A DNA stretch of 64,000 nucleotides. Origin: Mobula hypostoma (lineage: Eukaryota). Below, in pieces: positions 1 through 12,665 of the stretch. Under the pieces are notes generated by a model that worked only from the letters and a program-made list of their open reading frames with translations, did not search any database and had not been told where the DNA came from. Position 1 is the stretch's first letter. Every line of letters begins with the position of its first letter. A program made the translations under genes and the position numbers. The DNA is taken from contig NC_086101.1 in NCBI RefSeq assembly GCF_963921235.1, positions 11,720,001-11,784,000 of the forward strand. The letters run 5' to 3'.

Positions 1-230
1 CACAGATTCTGCGGCGACTCCCAGACTCCAGCCCTGATTCTCCGCTACCTCCACCTCCCAGTAGTGTCTCCCCGTTGGGAAACCCTCCGATCCCAGCACA
101 TAAAACCCATTCGTAAATCTCTTCCTGTTGTCAGGGAGATCCCTCTGGGTCCCGGTCACTCTTACACCCTTCAGATTGTCGGACACCTCAAGCTCTGGAG
201 CTGCCGTTTCCACATCCAGGGTGACAGATA
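1..230 (-). CDS. TRIM A exon 6 (PRY/SPRY), partial
   Basis: CCCCACAG|TATCTGTCACCCTGGATGTGGAAACG; open frame [21 protein letters not shown]...[24 protein letters not shown] to the window edge. Confidence 0.93.
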
Positions 231-3200
231 CTGTGGGGAGAAGCGAGAATTAGAGAGTTCCCAGGGATCAGCACAAGTCTCAGCAGCACTGTGCCAAAAC
301 TAGGGAGAGACCGCTTGGCTCCAGGCCCAGTCAGACAGCTGCTGAAAACCCTACCGGCCTTGAACCAGACTACATCTGTCGTTGTTGTCTTCCCATAAAT
401 TGCATCTCACCTTTCAAAATTTCCTGTTATTTTTCAAATATAAATGATTTCCTGATATAGCTAGTAGAGCAGGAGTGGAAAGCTGAACTATGGTGGAGGT
501 CAGAGGGCAGAGAAGGGGGGGGAAATAAGAAAAAGTGGAGGGTCACAGAGAGGGCGAGGTACTCAAAACAGGGTTAGGATAGACACGGTGGTCAATGCGA
601 GCAAGAGGGTGAGAAGGGTTCTATTGAATGCAGGTTTGTGAATTTGGAGGCAGATTTGAGGCTGAGGAGGATTGAGGGTGGCAGGAGTCTGTGAGGGAAG
701 GAGGGAGAAAGATAGAAGTTCCAGTGGCCAAGGGAGTACTTAACTCAACCCATATGTTGTGTGTGTGTCTGTGTGTCAGACACGTGCATTTGGTGTCTGA
801 CAGTGCACCTAATTTTAGCAAGACTTTATTGCATATTAAAGCTTTTACAATACACTTTAACTTTTAGAACACAGAACACTACAACACAGAACAGGCCCTT
901 CGATCCATGATGTTATGCTGACCTAAGATCAACTAACCGTTCCCATCTACATAGCATTGCACTTGTCTATCATCCATGTGCCTATCGAAGAGTTTCTTAA
1001 ACATCCTTAATGTATATGCTTCTACCACCAACCTGGGAGGGTGTTCCATGGACCCAGCACTCTGTGTAAAAAGTTACCTCTGACCCACCCCCCCCCCCTC
1101 TCCATTCTTTAAAATGAAATCCCCTGGAATTAGCCATTTCTGCCCTGGGAATCAATCTCTGGCCACCCACTTGATCTGTGCCTTTTATCATCTTGTACAC
1201 CTCTATCAAGTTGGTTCTCATCCTCCTTCACTCCAAAGAGAAGAGCCCTAGATGGCTCAACCTATCCTCATAAGACATGCACTCTAATCCAGGCAAGTCT
1301 CTTCCACACTCGCTAAAGGTTTCACATCCTCCCTGTAATAAGGCGACCAGAACTGAGTGTTTGAAATGGTGCTCCCCACCTTCTTGCTCGAACTTCTCAT
1401 GTTTTTTTCCCAGTCCTGATGAAGGTTCTCGGCCTGTTTTGTCAACTGTTTACTCTTTTCTGTAGATGCTCCCTGGCCTGCTGAGTTCCTCCAGCATTTT
1501 GTGTGTGTTGCTTACATTTCCAGCGTCTGCAGATTTTCTCACCTTCATTCTAAGAGGAGGTCTACTCAGGGTTTTCTAGAGCTGCAATATGACCCTGGTG
1601 CTCCGGACTGCCCCTTGTTATGAAGATGAATACACACAGGTTACTCTATAATGGTGTCACACTGGTTAAAGAGGTATCGACACGCAGAGGATTCAGGAGA
1701 AACACCGTCTAAGTGAAGTCAGAGAAACTCACTGAGGATTGAGGGAAATATTCTGCCAATCCTGAAGAAACACCTGGTTAATTTTGGGTAGTTGCTCTCA
1801 GACAACTAGAAAGCAGTGGGGCTTCCAGGAAGGGAGACAAGTCGTAGCTACTGTGAGATTAAGGGGCAGGTAGAACATTTGGTTTAGTGCTGTTCCCTAG
1901 TATTCAATGTCTGGGAAAATGAAAGTTAATTATTTGGTATATTATTAAATAGGAATTCTAATAGAGCTTGTTCCTCATCAGTATTTAATAAATGAAATAA
2001 TAATCTGCTATTCCTGTATAAGTCACACACTACTTTTTGAATCAATGCAAAGCAATCTAAATCAACACACTTGAAGTGCTGGAGGAACTCATCAAGTCCA
2101 GGAGCATCAGTGGACATGAATAAACAGTTGACATTTTGGGTGAATACCCTTCCTCAGGACTGAAAATGAAAGAGAAAGACACCAGAATAAAAAGGTGGGA
2201 GGAGAGGAAAGGTAAAGGGCTGGAGAAGAAGGAATCTGATAGGAGAGGAGAATGGACTATAGAAGAAAGGGAAGGAGGAGTGGTTCCAGGGGGAAGTGAT
2301 GGGCAGGTAAGAAGAGGTCAAAGGCCAAAGTGGGGAATAGAAGAAGAGAGGAGGGGGAGGAAAAATTGTTTTTTTTACCAGAAGGAGAATTTAATATTCA
2401 TGTCATCGGGTTGGAGGCTACCCAGAGAGAATATAGAAGGTATTTACCAGGATGAATGCCATCGAGCACTTCCCTCCACACTGGGAATGGCAATGGCCCA
2501 GTAAATTCGTCAATCATCAGAGCCCCATCCATGACTGTAGGTGTCCGTTCATTTCCAGCCCTGCAAATATTACACAGTTTAACTGAACTTGGACAGGTTT
2601 CTACGTTAATGTTACAAAGTTCTGAAGGGTTTCAGCTAAGAGTGTGTCCTACCTCCTCTTCCGACAGGATTCCCCCTGAAATAAACAAAGCAGAAAACAC
2701 AATGGAGATACTAAACAAAGTTGGTAAATGTGATGTAAGGTTATATTAATTCATTAACATTTTCTTTCATTGGAACTTATTTAGTAACTTTCTTACATCT
2801 GTTTATTATTGTCACAGGCACCGAGGTACAGTGAAGAACTTCATTTACTTCAGCATTTACAGATCATTTCTTTACATCAGTGCATTGAGGTACTGATGGG
2901 AAAACAATAACAAAATGCAGGATAATGTATTGCAGTTACAAAGGGAGTGCATTGCAGGTGGAAAACAAGGCACAAAGCCATAATGAGACACATTGTGAGA
3001 TCGAGAGTCCATCATTACTGGTGGATTGTTCAATAGTCATGGAAGTGTGACAGAAGCTGTCCTTGACCCTGGTGGTACGTGCTTTCAGGCTTATGTATCT
3101 TGTGCCCAGTGGGAGGGCAGAGAAGAGAGAATGTCTAGGGTGGGGGCACAGGTCTTTCATCAGGTTGGCTGCTTTACCAAGGCCGCGAGATGTGTAGACC

Positions 3201-6200
3201 GGGTGCATGAAAGGGTGGCTGGTTTCTGTGATATGCTCAGCTGTACCCATAGCACTCTGCAGTTCCTTGCAGTCCAGGTAGAGCAGTTGCCATACCAAGC
3301 AATGATGCAGGTAGACAGGATATAGACCGCCTTCTATGATGCATCAATAAAAACTGGTGAGTGTCAAATGGGACACGTCAAATTTACTTAGCCTCCAGAG
3401 TAAGAAGAGGCTCTGGTACGCCTCCTTGGTCATGGAGTCCATGTGAGTGATGTTCACTTGCGGGAACTTAAAGCTCTCAATCTTCTCAACCTCAGCACTG
3501 TTGATGTAAGTGGGAGCATGTGCTCCAAATCCCAATTTGAAGTCAATGACCGACTCTTTTGTTCTGACATCGATGGTCAGGTTTTTATCATGACTCCATG
3601 ACACTAAGCTCTCTATCTGCTTCCCGTACTCCAACTCGTTGTTAATTGAAATATGACTCACTAGGACAGTATTAACTGCAAACATGTAGATAGAATGGAC
3701 CAGAGTCCAGCTGCGCAGTCATGAGTATACAGGGAGAAAAGTAAGGGACTGAGAATACGGCCTTGTGGGGCACCTGTGTTGAGAATAATTGTAGCCAAGA
3801 TGTTGCTTCCTATCCTTACTGACTGGAGTACGTTGGTGACGAAGTCAAGGAACCATTTGCAAAGGGAGATGTTGAGTCCCAGGTCCAACTGTGTGGACAT
3901 GAGTTGCTTGGAATTACAGTACTGAAGGCAGAGCTGTAGTAAATTAACGATGGTCTAACATAGGTGTCTTTATTGTCCAGATGCTCCAGAGATGAGTGTA
4001 GGGCAAGGGTGTACCTGTGCACCTGTTTTCTACCTGCTGTGTACCTGTTTCAGATGAAGGTGAATTGCAGTGGGTTAAGATTGTTTGGGAAGCTGGAGTT
4101 TGGTGTGTGCCATGAACGGTTGTTTTGAAGCGCTTTGTGATGATGGGTGTCAGATCCACCAGGCAGTAGTCATTTTGCTATGTTACGTTACTTTTCTTAG
4201 GTACTGGGATGGTACATGGAGCAAGAGGTGACCCCAGATTATAGTGGGGGAAAGTTAATCATGTCTGCAGATACCTAACCAGATGCTCTGCACAGGATCT
4301 ATGAACATAACCAGGCCATGGACATCCATCCAGGCCAGTTGCTTTCCATGGGTTCGCTGTCCAGAATACTGAACTGACAGATCATTCCACCACTTGCTTT
4401 GCACAAGGTTAACTTATGGTCCTTCTGGTGAACTGAGAAGCTCTCGAATCATACGGCGCAGTCAGGTGAAGCAGGTGTAAGCTGAGCATGCAGCAGTTTT
4501 GCAAAACCCATCGATAGGTCCATCTCACTGTTAATCCACACACTTTCTTCTCAATGGCCTGGATATTAGCTAGCAGTATGTTGCCAAGGGGCGAGAGAGT
4601 TGAACCTGTGCTGTTTTAATCGCACTTGCATTCTAGACTTGTTACCATGCATTGGAGGTAAGTGGCCATGCCTGCTAGTTCTAGAATAGAGTAAACTGGA
4701 CAGGAAGATAAATGGCCCCTTACAACAGACTTGGAAGGCCGAGAGTGGATCGAACAGGACCGGAAGCAAAGTGATTTCTCCTTAGCTGCCCTGGATGACC
4801 TGGAGAGGATTCAACTGGATTGGAAGGTAGGGTAAGTGGTTTCTTCTGGACATATCCAGCTGATCTGGAGTCAAATTAGCCAAGATGTAGGGTATGCCGT
4901 TCCATACAGGACTGGCAGGCCTGAAGTGGAGAGGTTTGCCCCTTCAGGTAACAGAGGGCTTCCTCTGGGGTCTTGACATCAGAACTCAGCCGGAATGCTC
5001 CGCACGGTGGTATCTGTCTGGTAACAACCAAAGTCAAAACTTCCATAATTAAAGATAGCTGAGGTGACAAGTAAAAATTTCTCATCCATATTTACTACAG
5101 AGGAAGCCATTGTTGCTGGAATATTCACTGGGATTTGTGAAATTGATAAGTTTATTCTAATAGACTCAGCGATTCCTTATTAATTGTATTATTTAAGTGG
5201 TCACCTGATTAACAGTAATCGCGGGGTCCTAGTTTTGAGAATGTTACTTCTTGCCATGTTGCTCAGCTGAGCCACCAAAGTTCTGGGATCATTACGAATA
5301 AACTCTCCTTACTGTCTCTATATCGAACTCTGTCTTTCCTCCACACTTGAATTCTCCCACAAAGCCATTGTCTAATCCAATTTACTACCTTATCTTGAAT
5401 GCTAAGTAACTGAATCTTCTTGATCAGCCTCCCATGGGGGACCTTGTCAAATACCTTGCTCAAGTCCATGCAGACAACATCCACTGCCTTGCCTTCATCC
5501 ACTTTCCTGGTAACTTCCTCAAAGCACTCCATAAGATTGGGTAGACATGACCTACCACTCATAAAGCCATGCTGACTCTCCTTAATCAATCCACGTCTGT
5601 CCAAACACTTATATATCTGGTCCTTTAGAATATCTTCCAATAATTTTCCCACAACTGATGTCAGACTTCCTGATCTACAGTTTCCTCATTTATGTTTAAA
5701 GCCTTTTTAAAACAGCGGACCAACATTGGCTATCCTCCAATCCTCTGGTACCTCTCCTGTCACTAAGGATTGTTAAAACATCTCTGCTAGGGCACCTGCA
5801 GTTTCTGTATTTGCCTCCCATAAGTCCAAGAGAACACCTTGTCAGGCCCTGGGCATTTATTCACCCTTATTTGCCTCAGGATAGCAAACATCACCTTCTC
5901 TATCATCTGTACAGGGTCCATGAAGTTGATGCTGCTTTGCCTCACTTCTATAGACTCTGTGCCTATCTCCTGAGTAAATACAGGTGCAAAAAAAATTATT
6001 TAAGATCTCCCCCATCTGCTTTGGCTCCATAAATGGATTACCATTCTGGTCTTCCAGAGGAGCAATTTTGTTCCTTGCAATCCTTTTGCTCTTATAATAT
6101 TTGTAGAATTCTTTAGAATTTTCCTTCACCTTGTCTGCAAGAGCAGCGTCATGTCTTCTTTGAGCCCTCCTGATTTCATCCTGAAATGTCCTCTTGCAAT

Positions 6201-9200
6201 TCTTATACTCCATAAACATCTCATTTGTTCCTACCTGCCTATACCTGCCATACACCTACGTTTTCTTTTAACCAGGGCCTCAAAATCTCTTGATTTCCTG
6301 AACGTATTCGACAAACTCTATTCCATCTAGTCCTTTTACAGTATGGGATTTCCAGTCAATACATGGCAAGTTAAAATCACCTACTATAATAATCTTATGT
6401 TGTAATATTCTATGAACATTTTACAGATTTGTTCCTCTAAATCCCTAGGGCAGTTCAGTGGTCTGTAATATTGTGATGAACCCCGAGGTTTATCTTGCCG
6501 TGGACTGTCATTTTTTAGAGAGTGCCTGAGTGACGTCAGCCGCCGGCTTTCTCGGCTCGTGTTAGATTCTCACTAAGAGAGAGAGGCGGAGCCATGGGAC
6601 TCGGCAGCTCGTTTTGATTTAAGCAGGGACACTCACTCACACACAGTCAGTCGCAGTTGGAGTCGGACAATGGAAGGTGGGTGGAGTATCGATGCAGCAC
6701 ATCGATAGGTGGCAGTGCGCATGCGCCGGTCGTGCATGCAGCCTGTTGCGGTTGCTTCCGTAATTTCTTACTTTTAAACTTTTTAACTTAGTTATTTGTT
6801 GTATTTTTTTTCCACACGGTAACACGTAACAAGTTGTGGGGATGGAACTGGACTTTCTCACGGTGGTGTTTGAAAAGAGGATGCTGTCTAAGTTGCATGC
6901 CATCTTGGACAATGTCTCCCATCCACTACATAATGGACTGGGTGGGCACAGGAGTACATTCAGCCAGAGACTCATTCCACCGAGATGCAACACAGAGCGT
7001 CATAGGAAGTCATTCCTGCCTGTGGCCATCAAACTTTACAATTCCTCCCTTGGAAGGTCAGACACCCCGTGCCGATAGGCTGGTCCTGGATTTATTTCAT
7101 AATTCACTGGCATAATTTACATATTAGTATTTAACTATTTATGGTTCTATTACTATTTATTATTTATGGTGCAACTGTAACGAAAACCAACTTCCCCCTG
7201 GGATCAATAAAGTATGACTATGACTATTATGGCCATCCCGTTGTGTGATTAGGGCAACCTTGTGGAATCCACCTATGTGTTAACCCTTGCCAGGATGGTA
7301 GTTCCCTTCGAAGACAGTACCCCTGTGATAAGCTACTATTGGTGATAATTCGTAAGTGGATTTGGAACGACGACGGGTAAAACCTACGGCGATTGTTATC
7401 CTGTTTACCACCGTGGAACCTGTGGAATACGACATAACTGCCTTCTCTCGACATTCACCTTGGATTACAAATATCTCTCACATCCTTTAATGCGTGGATG
7501 AACTGAACTTTCATACCTTGCCATCTCAAGATTTTAAGCCTTGACCCTTTAACCCCCACCCCCCAGTTCAATAGTTTGGGAGTTACATTTACACATATGT
7601 ATACTCATAATACTGTTAACTTTTGATTATTCTTGTTTAAGTTCTTATATTAAGTAGGTACTAATAAAGATAGTGGTTTTAACATCAAAACCAGACTCCA
7701 GGTGTGGTCAATTGCTGCTGGTTCATTTAAACCGTTACGGGTACGTAACAAATATAGCCCCATTCATGGTCATACCTTTCTTATTTCTAAGTTCCACACA
7801 TAACCTCTCATTAGATGAGTTCCTGATGGAACACTACCATGACATTTTCCCTGACTAGTAGCATAGACCATAGAACATAGAACATAGAATAGTACAGCAC
7901 AGTACAGGCCCTTCGGCCCACAATGTTGTGCCGACCCTCAAACCCTGCCTCCCATATAAGCCCCCACCTTAAATTCCTGCATACACCTGTCTAGAAATCT
8001 CTTAAACTTCACTAGTGTATCTGCCTCCACCACTGACTCAGGCAGTGCATTCCACGCACCAACCACTCTCTGAGTAAAAAACCTTCTTCTAATATCCCCC
8101 TTGAACTTCCCACCCCTTACCTTAAAGCCATGTCCTCTTGTATTGAGCGGTGGTTCCCTGGTGAAGAGGCACTGGCTATCCACTCTAACTATTCCTTTAA
8201 CGTCACCCCTCCCACTCCATCACGTCTAAAACAACAGAACTCCAGAAAATTGAGCTGCCCATCCTGTCCCTCTTGCGATCAAGATTCACTAATGGTTACA
8301 ATGTCATAATTCCAGGTGTTGATCCATGACCTGAGCTCAACTGCCTGTCCTATGATATTTCTTGCATTGAAATATACACAGCTAAGGGCTCTTAGTGCAT
8401 CATCCACAGCCTTTTGATTCCTGGCTTTGTCTGAGGTATTACCAACATCTGTCTCCACAACTTCTCCACTATCTGTTCCAGCACTCTGTTTCCCATCCCC
8501 TTGCATCTCTAGTTTAAACCCCACCATGTTGCATTAGCAAACTTTCCTGCGAGAATGTTAGTCCCCTTCCAGTTCAGATGCAAGTTGTCCCATCTGTACA
8601 GGCCCCACCTTCCCTGAAAGAGAGCCCAATTATCCAAAAATCTTGTGCTCTCTCTCTCTCCCCTACACAAACTCCTTTGCCACGTGTTGAATTGAATAAT
8701 CTTCCTAGTTCTGGCCTCACTAGCTCATAGCATGTGTAGCAATCCCGAAGTCACAACCCTAGAGGTCCTGCCCTTTAACTTAGCACCAAACTCCCTGAAC
8801 TCCCTATGCAGAACCTCATCACTTGTCCTACCCATGTCATTGGTACCTACATAGACTACAACTCTGGCTGTTTACCCAATATGCCCTGGACCCTGGTACC
8901 CGGGAGGTAACATGACATCCAGGAATCTCGTTCTCACCCTCAGAAGCTCCTTTTTCTTCTCGTAACTAACAAATACCCCATCATCACAGTGGCCTTTTCT
9001 CTTGGCTTCCCTTCTGAGTCACAGAGCCAGACAGTACTAAAGACCCGACTGCTGTGGCTTTCTTCTGCTAAGTCATTCTCCCCCACCCCCTCAGTATTTA
9101 CCAACAACCTGTTGTTGAGGGGGATGGCCACAGGGGTATTCTGCACTGGCTCCTTAATCCCTTTCCCTTCTTGACTGTCACCCAGTTTCCCGTGCCTTGC

Positions 9201-10778
9201 ACCTTGGGTGACACTACCTCTCTATGTGTCCTATGTGTCACCCCCTTGTCGTCCCCAATGATCCGGAGTTCATCCAGTTCCAGCACCAGCTCCTTAACGT
9301 GAACTGCTAGAAGCTGCAGCTGGATGCACTTCTCATCGTGGTAGTCATCAGGGACACTGGAGGTTTCCCGGCCTTCCCACATCCTGCAAGAGGAGCATTC
9401 CACTGTCCTGCCTGGCTTCTCTATTGTCCAAGATGAGCAAATGTAAAGAAGGGAGAGGAAAAAAACTTTACCCACAGCTTTTCTTTTTTGCTTTCTCTGA
9501 CCAAAGCCACTCTTTTGCTGATGCCTCGAAGATCTAAAACCTTAAAATCTCCACTCTAACTGTCGAATGCACCTGAGGGTGAATACATAACGGATCTGAT
9601 AGGTTAGACGTGGGTCCCCGCTGTAAAATCACATTCCTTGGAGATGGAAATTAGTCATTCAAATTTGTTTTGAGCTTTTGGTGGCTTAAAACTCTCAGTA
9701 AAGATGAAGAGACATAATTGCCCCAGAAATGGCCAAGCCATAGACTTTGATTGAAGGTCACAAACTTGGCAGTGTTAACAGCAGACATAGCATATGAATT
9801 TTTAAAAACAATGTCTGTGTGCTCTTACAGCTGAAGTTAAATATTCTGCACTTTCTCACCTTCAGAAATATCACTCCATCTTTCTGCTCCATTTGTTTCT
9901 GTAACATTGAGATCTCCTCCTCAATGGACGTTAATTTCTCTTGAATCGACCGAAGATTTTTCTCCATTAGATCCACAACCCTTCCCTCCTGTTCTCGGAG
10001 ATCTCTGATTAATCGCTGCTCTTTCTCGGTGAGACTCTGGTGTATTCGAGTGAACTCGGATGAGATGTGGGACTCCAGGCTGCGTGACTGACCCTACCGA
10101 ATGAAATGTGGACATCTTTATATAACGGAATAACTGGTGCAAAAGTAGTCCAGAACCAAAGTCCGAAGGGGAGACTTTACCCGAAACTGAGAAATCGTCT
10201 GTTTCTGTTGCTGCTCCAGTTTTAAAATTGACCATTTCCTCCTGATGAGCGACATGAGGGAAGATTTCACCTGAGCCTGTGATATGGGAGAAGATCCCGA
10301 ACAAAAGTATTAGTGAATAAAAATGCATGAACTTAATCAGATGAGAACTACGTTTCTTCCTTTTTACCTTGTATATTTCAACAGCTTCTTTGATCGGCAT
10401 AAAGTAATGAAGTTTGTGTTCCCGCGAATCTCTACAGATCAGGCAGATCAGTGTCTTGTCTGTCTCACAAAACAGTTTCAGTTCTTCCCCATGTTCCTCG
10501 CAGTGAAGTTTACTTTCTTTCTCTGTTGGACTCAATTTCAGTTTTCGAGCTCTCTCTGCCAGTCTCATTAAGGCCCGATTCATTTTGAGGATTATTTCCT
10601 GAAACTCCTGTCTACATTCCGGGCAGATGTTTCTCGCCTCCCTTTCCCAACTGCGTGTGATACAGAGACGGCAGAAGTTGTGGCCGCACTCCAGCAACAC
10701 TGGATCGGTGAATAAATTCAAGCAGATGGGGCACGTAGCCTCCTCGATCCACCTCTCGTCCTGTTGTTTTGAAGCCAT
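1..10778 (-). CDS. TRIM gene A (RING-B-box-coiled-coil-PRY/SPRY, TRIM39/TRIM27/A33-like E3 ligase); 3' end beyond window
   Basis: Exons 10778-10368, 10276-10181, 10093-9860, 2675-2653, 2560-2448, 230-<1 join in frame at GT-AG sites. Intact C3HC4 RING (CPIC..CGHNFC..C..CPEC), B-box (CEEH..C..D..C..C..H..H), and PRY/SPRY start ([18 protein letters not shown]). Confidence 0.92.
845..1355 (-). mobile_element. CR1-like LINE 3' fragment
   Basis: ORF remnant [17 protein letters not shown]-type tail at the left end. Confidence 0.75.
1370..1540 (+). mobile_element. Penelope-like pLTR fragment with degenerate hammerhead core
   Basis: CAGTCCTGATGAAGG...GTCAACTG followed by the GATGCT..CTGCTGAGTTCCTCCAGCATTTTGTGTG block shared with other copies. 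Confidence 0.7.
2050..2437 (-). mobile_element. Penelope-like element 3' fragment in TRIM A intron 5
   Basis: Minus-strand GIY-YIG C-terminal remnant ([11 protein letters not shown]), pyrimidine-rich 3' region, degenerate hammerhead. Confidence 0.75.
2448..2560 (-). CDS. TRIM A exon 5 (linker), 113 nt
   Basis: TGCAG|G...[50 protein letters not shown]. Confidence 0.88.
2653..2675 (-). CDS. TRIM A exon 4, 23 nt
   Basis: TTTCAG|GGGGAATCCTGTCGGAAGAGGAG|GTAGGA; same size as and homologous to exon 4 of B and C. Confidence 0.85.
2790..5050 (-). mobile_element. Rex1/Babar-like LINE, internally deleted
   Basis: APE start ([12 protein letters not shown] near 4560), RT motifs ([28 protein letters not shown]) and C-terminal [11 protein letters not shown]; multiple frameshifts. 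Confidence 0.75.
6472..7750 (+). mobile_element. Solo LTR (TG...CA) with 5-bp TSD AATAT
   Basis: AATAT|TGTGATG...CGTAACA|AATAT; AATAAA near 7663; interrupts the CR1 APE region. Confidence 0.8.
6831..7228 (+). mobile_element. Rex1-like LINE 3' end nested in the solo LTR
   Basis: [32 protein letters not shown], then AATAAA and (TATGAC)n tail. Confidence 0.8.
7861..8195 (-). mobile_element. Young CR1 3' end (5'-truncated)
   Basis: [27 protein letters not shown]; (CATAGAA)n tail; nearly identical to 25785-26100. Confidence 0.88.
9860..10093 (-). CDS. TRIM A exon 3 (coiled-coil), 234 nt
   Basis: TAG|GGTCAG...[26 protein letters not shown]...DGVIFLK. Confidence 0.9.
10181..10276 (-). CDS. TRIM A exon 2 (coiled-coil), 96 nt
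   Basis: ACAG|GCTCAG...[44 protein letters not shown]. Confidence 0.9.
10368..10778 (-). CDS. TRIM A exon 1 (RING + B-box), 411 nt
   Basis: [19 protein letters not shown]...EAVEIYK followed by AAG|GTAAAA donor. Confidence 0.95.
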
Positions 10779-10815
10779 GTTGTTTTGAAGCCGAGCAGCA
10801 TTTCCCGGTCAAAAT

Positions 10816-10827
10816 AGTTTCTCTTTC
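10816..10827 (-). promoter_or_regulatory. ISRE-consensus motif 38 nt upstream of the TRIM A ATG
   Basis: GAAAGAGAAACT matches GAAANNGAAACT. Confidence 0.4.
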
Positions 10828-11104
10828 GGTAAGCAGCTGAACCCCTGCTGTACCGCGACTGCCCACTACAGGCGCTGCTGTCTCGGGGAATATACAGTGA
10901 GCCAGTTCTGTTCGGTGCAACAAAGCAGGGTGAAGGTTCTATTGGGTCGCCTTGACATTTAAAAAGCCCGAGTAGATAATAAGGGAGGTAAATAACTCAG
11001 CAGGGTTATGTGGAGTTTCCTGTGAGAGGCGATTGATGAGCCCAGAGTCATCTTACCCAGAGCTTAGAATTAATGAGAGGTAACTTCATTAAAATGGTCA
11101 AGAT

Positions 11105-12665
11105 TCGATTCAGAATTACGGTAGAATCAGGTTTACTATCACCGGCATGTGACGTGAGATTTGTTAACTTAGCAGAAGCAATTAAATGCAATACATAAAC
11201 TGGCAGAGAGAGAAAAATAATAAATAGAATAAAACATAATAATAAATAAACAATTAAGTCAATCACGTATATTAAATAGATTGTTTAAAAAGTACAAAAA
11301 CAGAAATACTGTATATTTTAAAAAAGAGAGGTAGTGTCCAAAGCTTCATAATCCATTCAGGAATCGGATGGTAGAGGGGAAGAGGCTGTTTCTGAATCGC
11401 TGAGTGTGTGCCTTCAGGCTTCTGTATCTCCTACCTGATGGTAACAGTGAGAAAAGGGCATGCCCTGGGTGCTGGAGGTCTTTAATAATGGACGCTGCCT
11501 TTCTAAGACACCGCTCCCTAAAGATGTCCTGGGTACTTTGTAAGTTAGTGCCCAAGATGGAGCTGACTAGATTTACAACCCTCTGCAGCTTCTTTCGGTC
11601 CTGTGCAGTAGCCCCTCCGTACCAGATAGTGATGCAGCCTGTCAGAATGTTCTCCACGGTACAACTATAGAAGTTTTTGATTGTATCTGTTGACATGCCA
11701 AATCGCTTCAAACTCTCAATAAAGTATAGCCGCGGTTTTGCCTTCTTTATGACTACATCAATGTGTTGGGACCAGGTTAGATCCTCAGAGATCTTGACAC
11801 CCAGGAACTTGAAGCTGCTCACTCGCTCCACTTCTGATCCATCTATAAGGATTGGTATGTGTTCCTTCGTCTTACCCTTCCTGAAGCCCACAATCAGCTC
11901 TTTCCTCTTACTGACGTTGAGTGCCAGGTTGTTGCTGCGGCACTATTCCACTTGTTGGCATATCTCACTCCTGTACGCATTCTCATCTCCATCTGAGATT
12001 CTACCAACTATGGTTGTATCATCAGCAAATTTGTAGATGGTATTTGAGCTATGCCTGGCCACACAGTCATGTGTATACAGAGGGTAGAGCAGTGGGTTAA
12101 GCACACTCCACTGAGGTGAGCCATCATCAACGAAGAGTATATGTTATCACCAATCTGCACAGACTGTGGTCTTCTGGTTAGGATGTCAAGGATCCAATTG
12201 CAGAGGGGGGTTCAGAGGCCCAGGTTCTGTAACTTATTGATCAGGATTGTGGGAGTGATGGTATTAAATGCTGAACTATAATCGATTAACAGCACCGTGA
12301 CATAGATGTTTGTGTTGTCCAGGTGGTCTAAAGCCGTGTGAAGAGCCATGGAGATTACGTCTGCCATTGACCTACTGTGACGGTAGGCAAATTGCAATGG
12401 TCTTTGCTGAGGCAGGAGTTCAGTCTAGTCATAACCAACCTCTCAAAGCATTTCATCACTGTTGATGTGAGTGTTACCGGGCGATAGTCATTAAGGCAGC
12501 CCACATTATTCTTCTTTGGCACTGGTATAATTGTTGCCTTTTTGAAGCAAGTGGGAACGTCTGCCTGTAGCAGTGAGAGATTAAAAATACCTTTGAATAC
12601 TCCCGCTACTTGGTTTGCATGGGTTTTCAGAGCCTTACCAGGTATTCCATCGGGACCTTCTGCAT
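11105..12665 (-). mobile_element. Rex1/Babar-like LINE 3' half, upstream of TRIM A
   Basis: [64 protein letters not shown]-type tail. Confidence 0.85.

Larger units (their letters stand above)
5346..9560 (-). mobile_element. Old CR1 LINE (ORF1 Zn-finger/leucine zipper, APE, RT) with nested insertions
   Basis: [16 protein letters not shown] (ORF1), [16 protein letters not shown] (APE), [22 protein letters not shown] (RT). Confidence 0.85.

Noticed and set aside
5111..5345. Second solo LTR (TGTTG...AATAAA...CCACA)
   Set aside because: No matching TSD found; insufficient support
9921..10778. 285-aa single-exon TRIM ORF
   Set aside because: Homology ends at the conserved donor at 10368; the rest is intron read-through and out-of-frame exons 2-3
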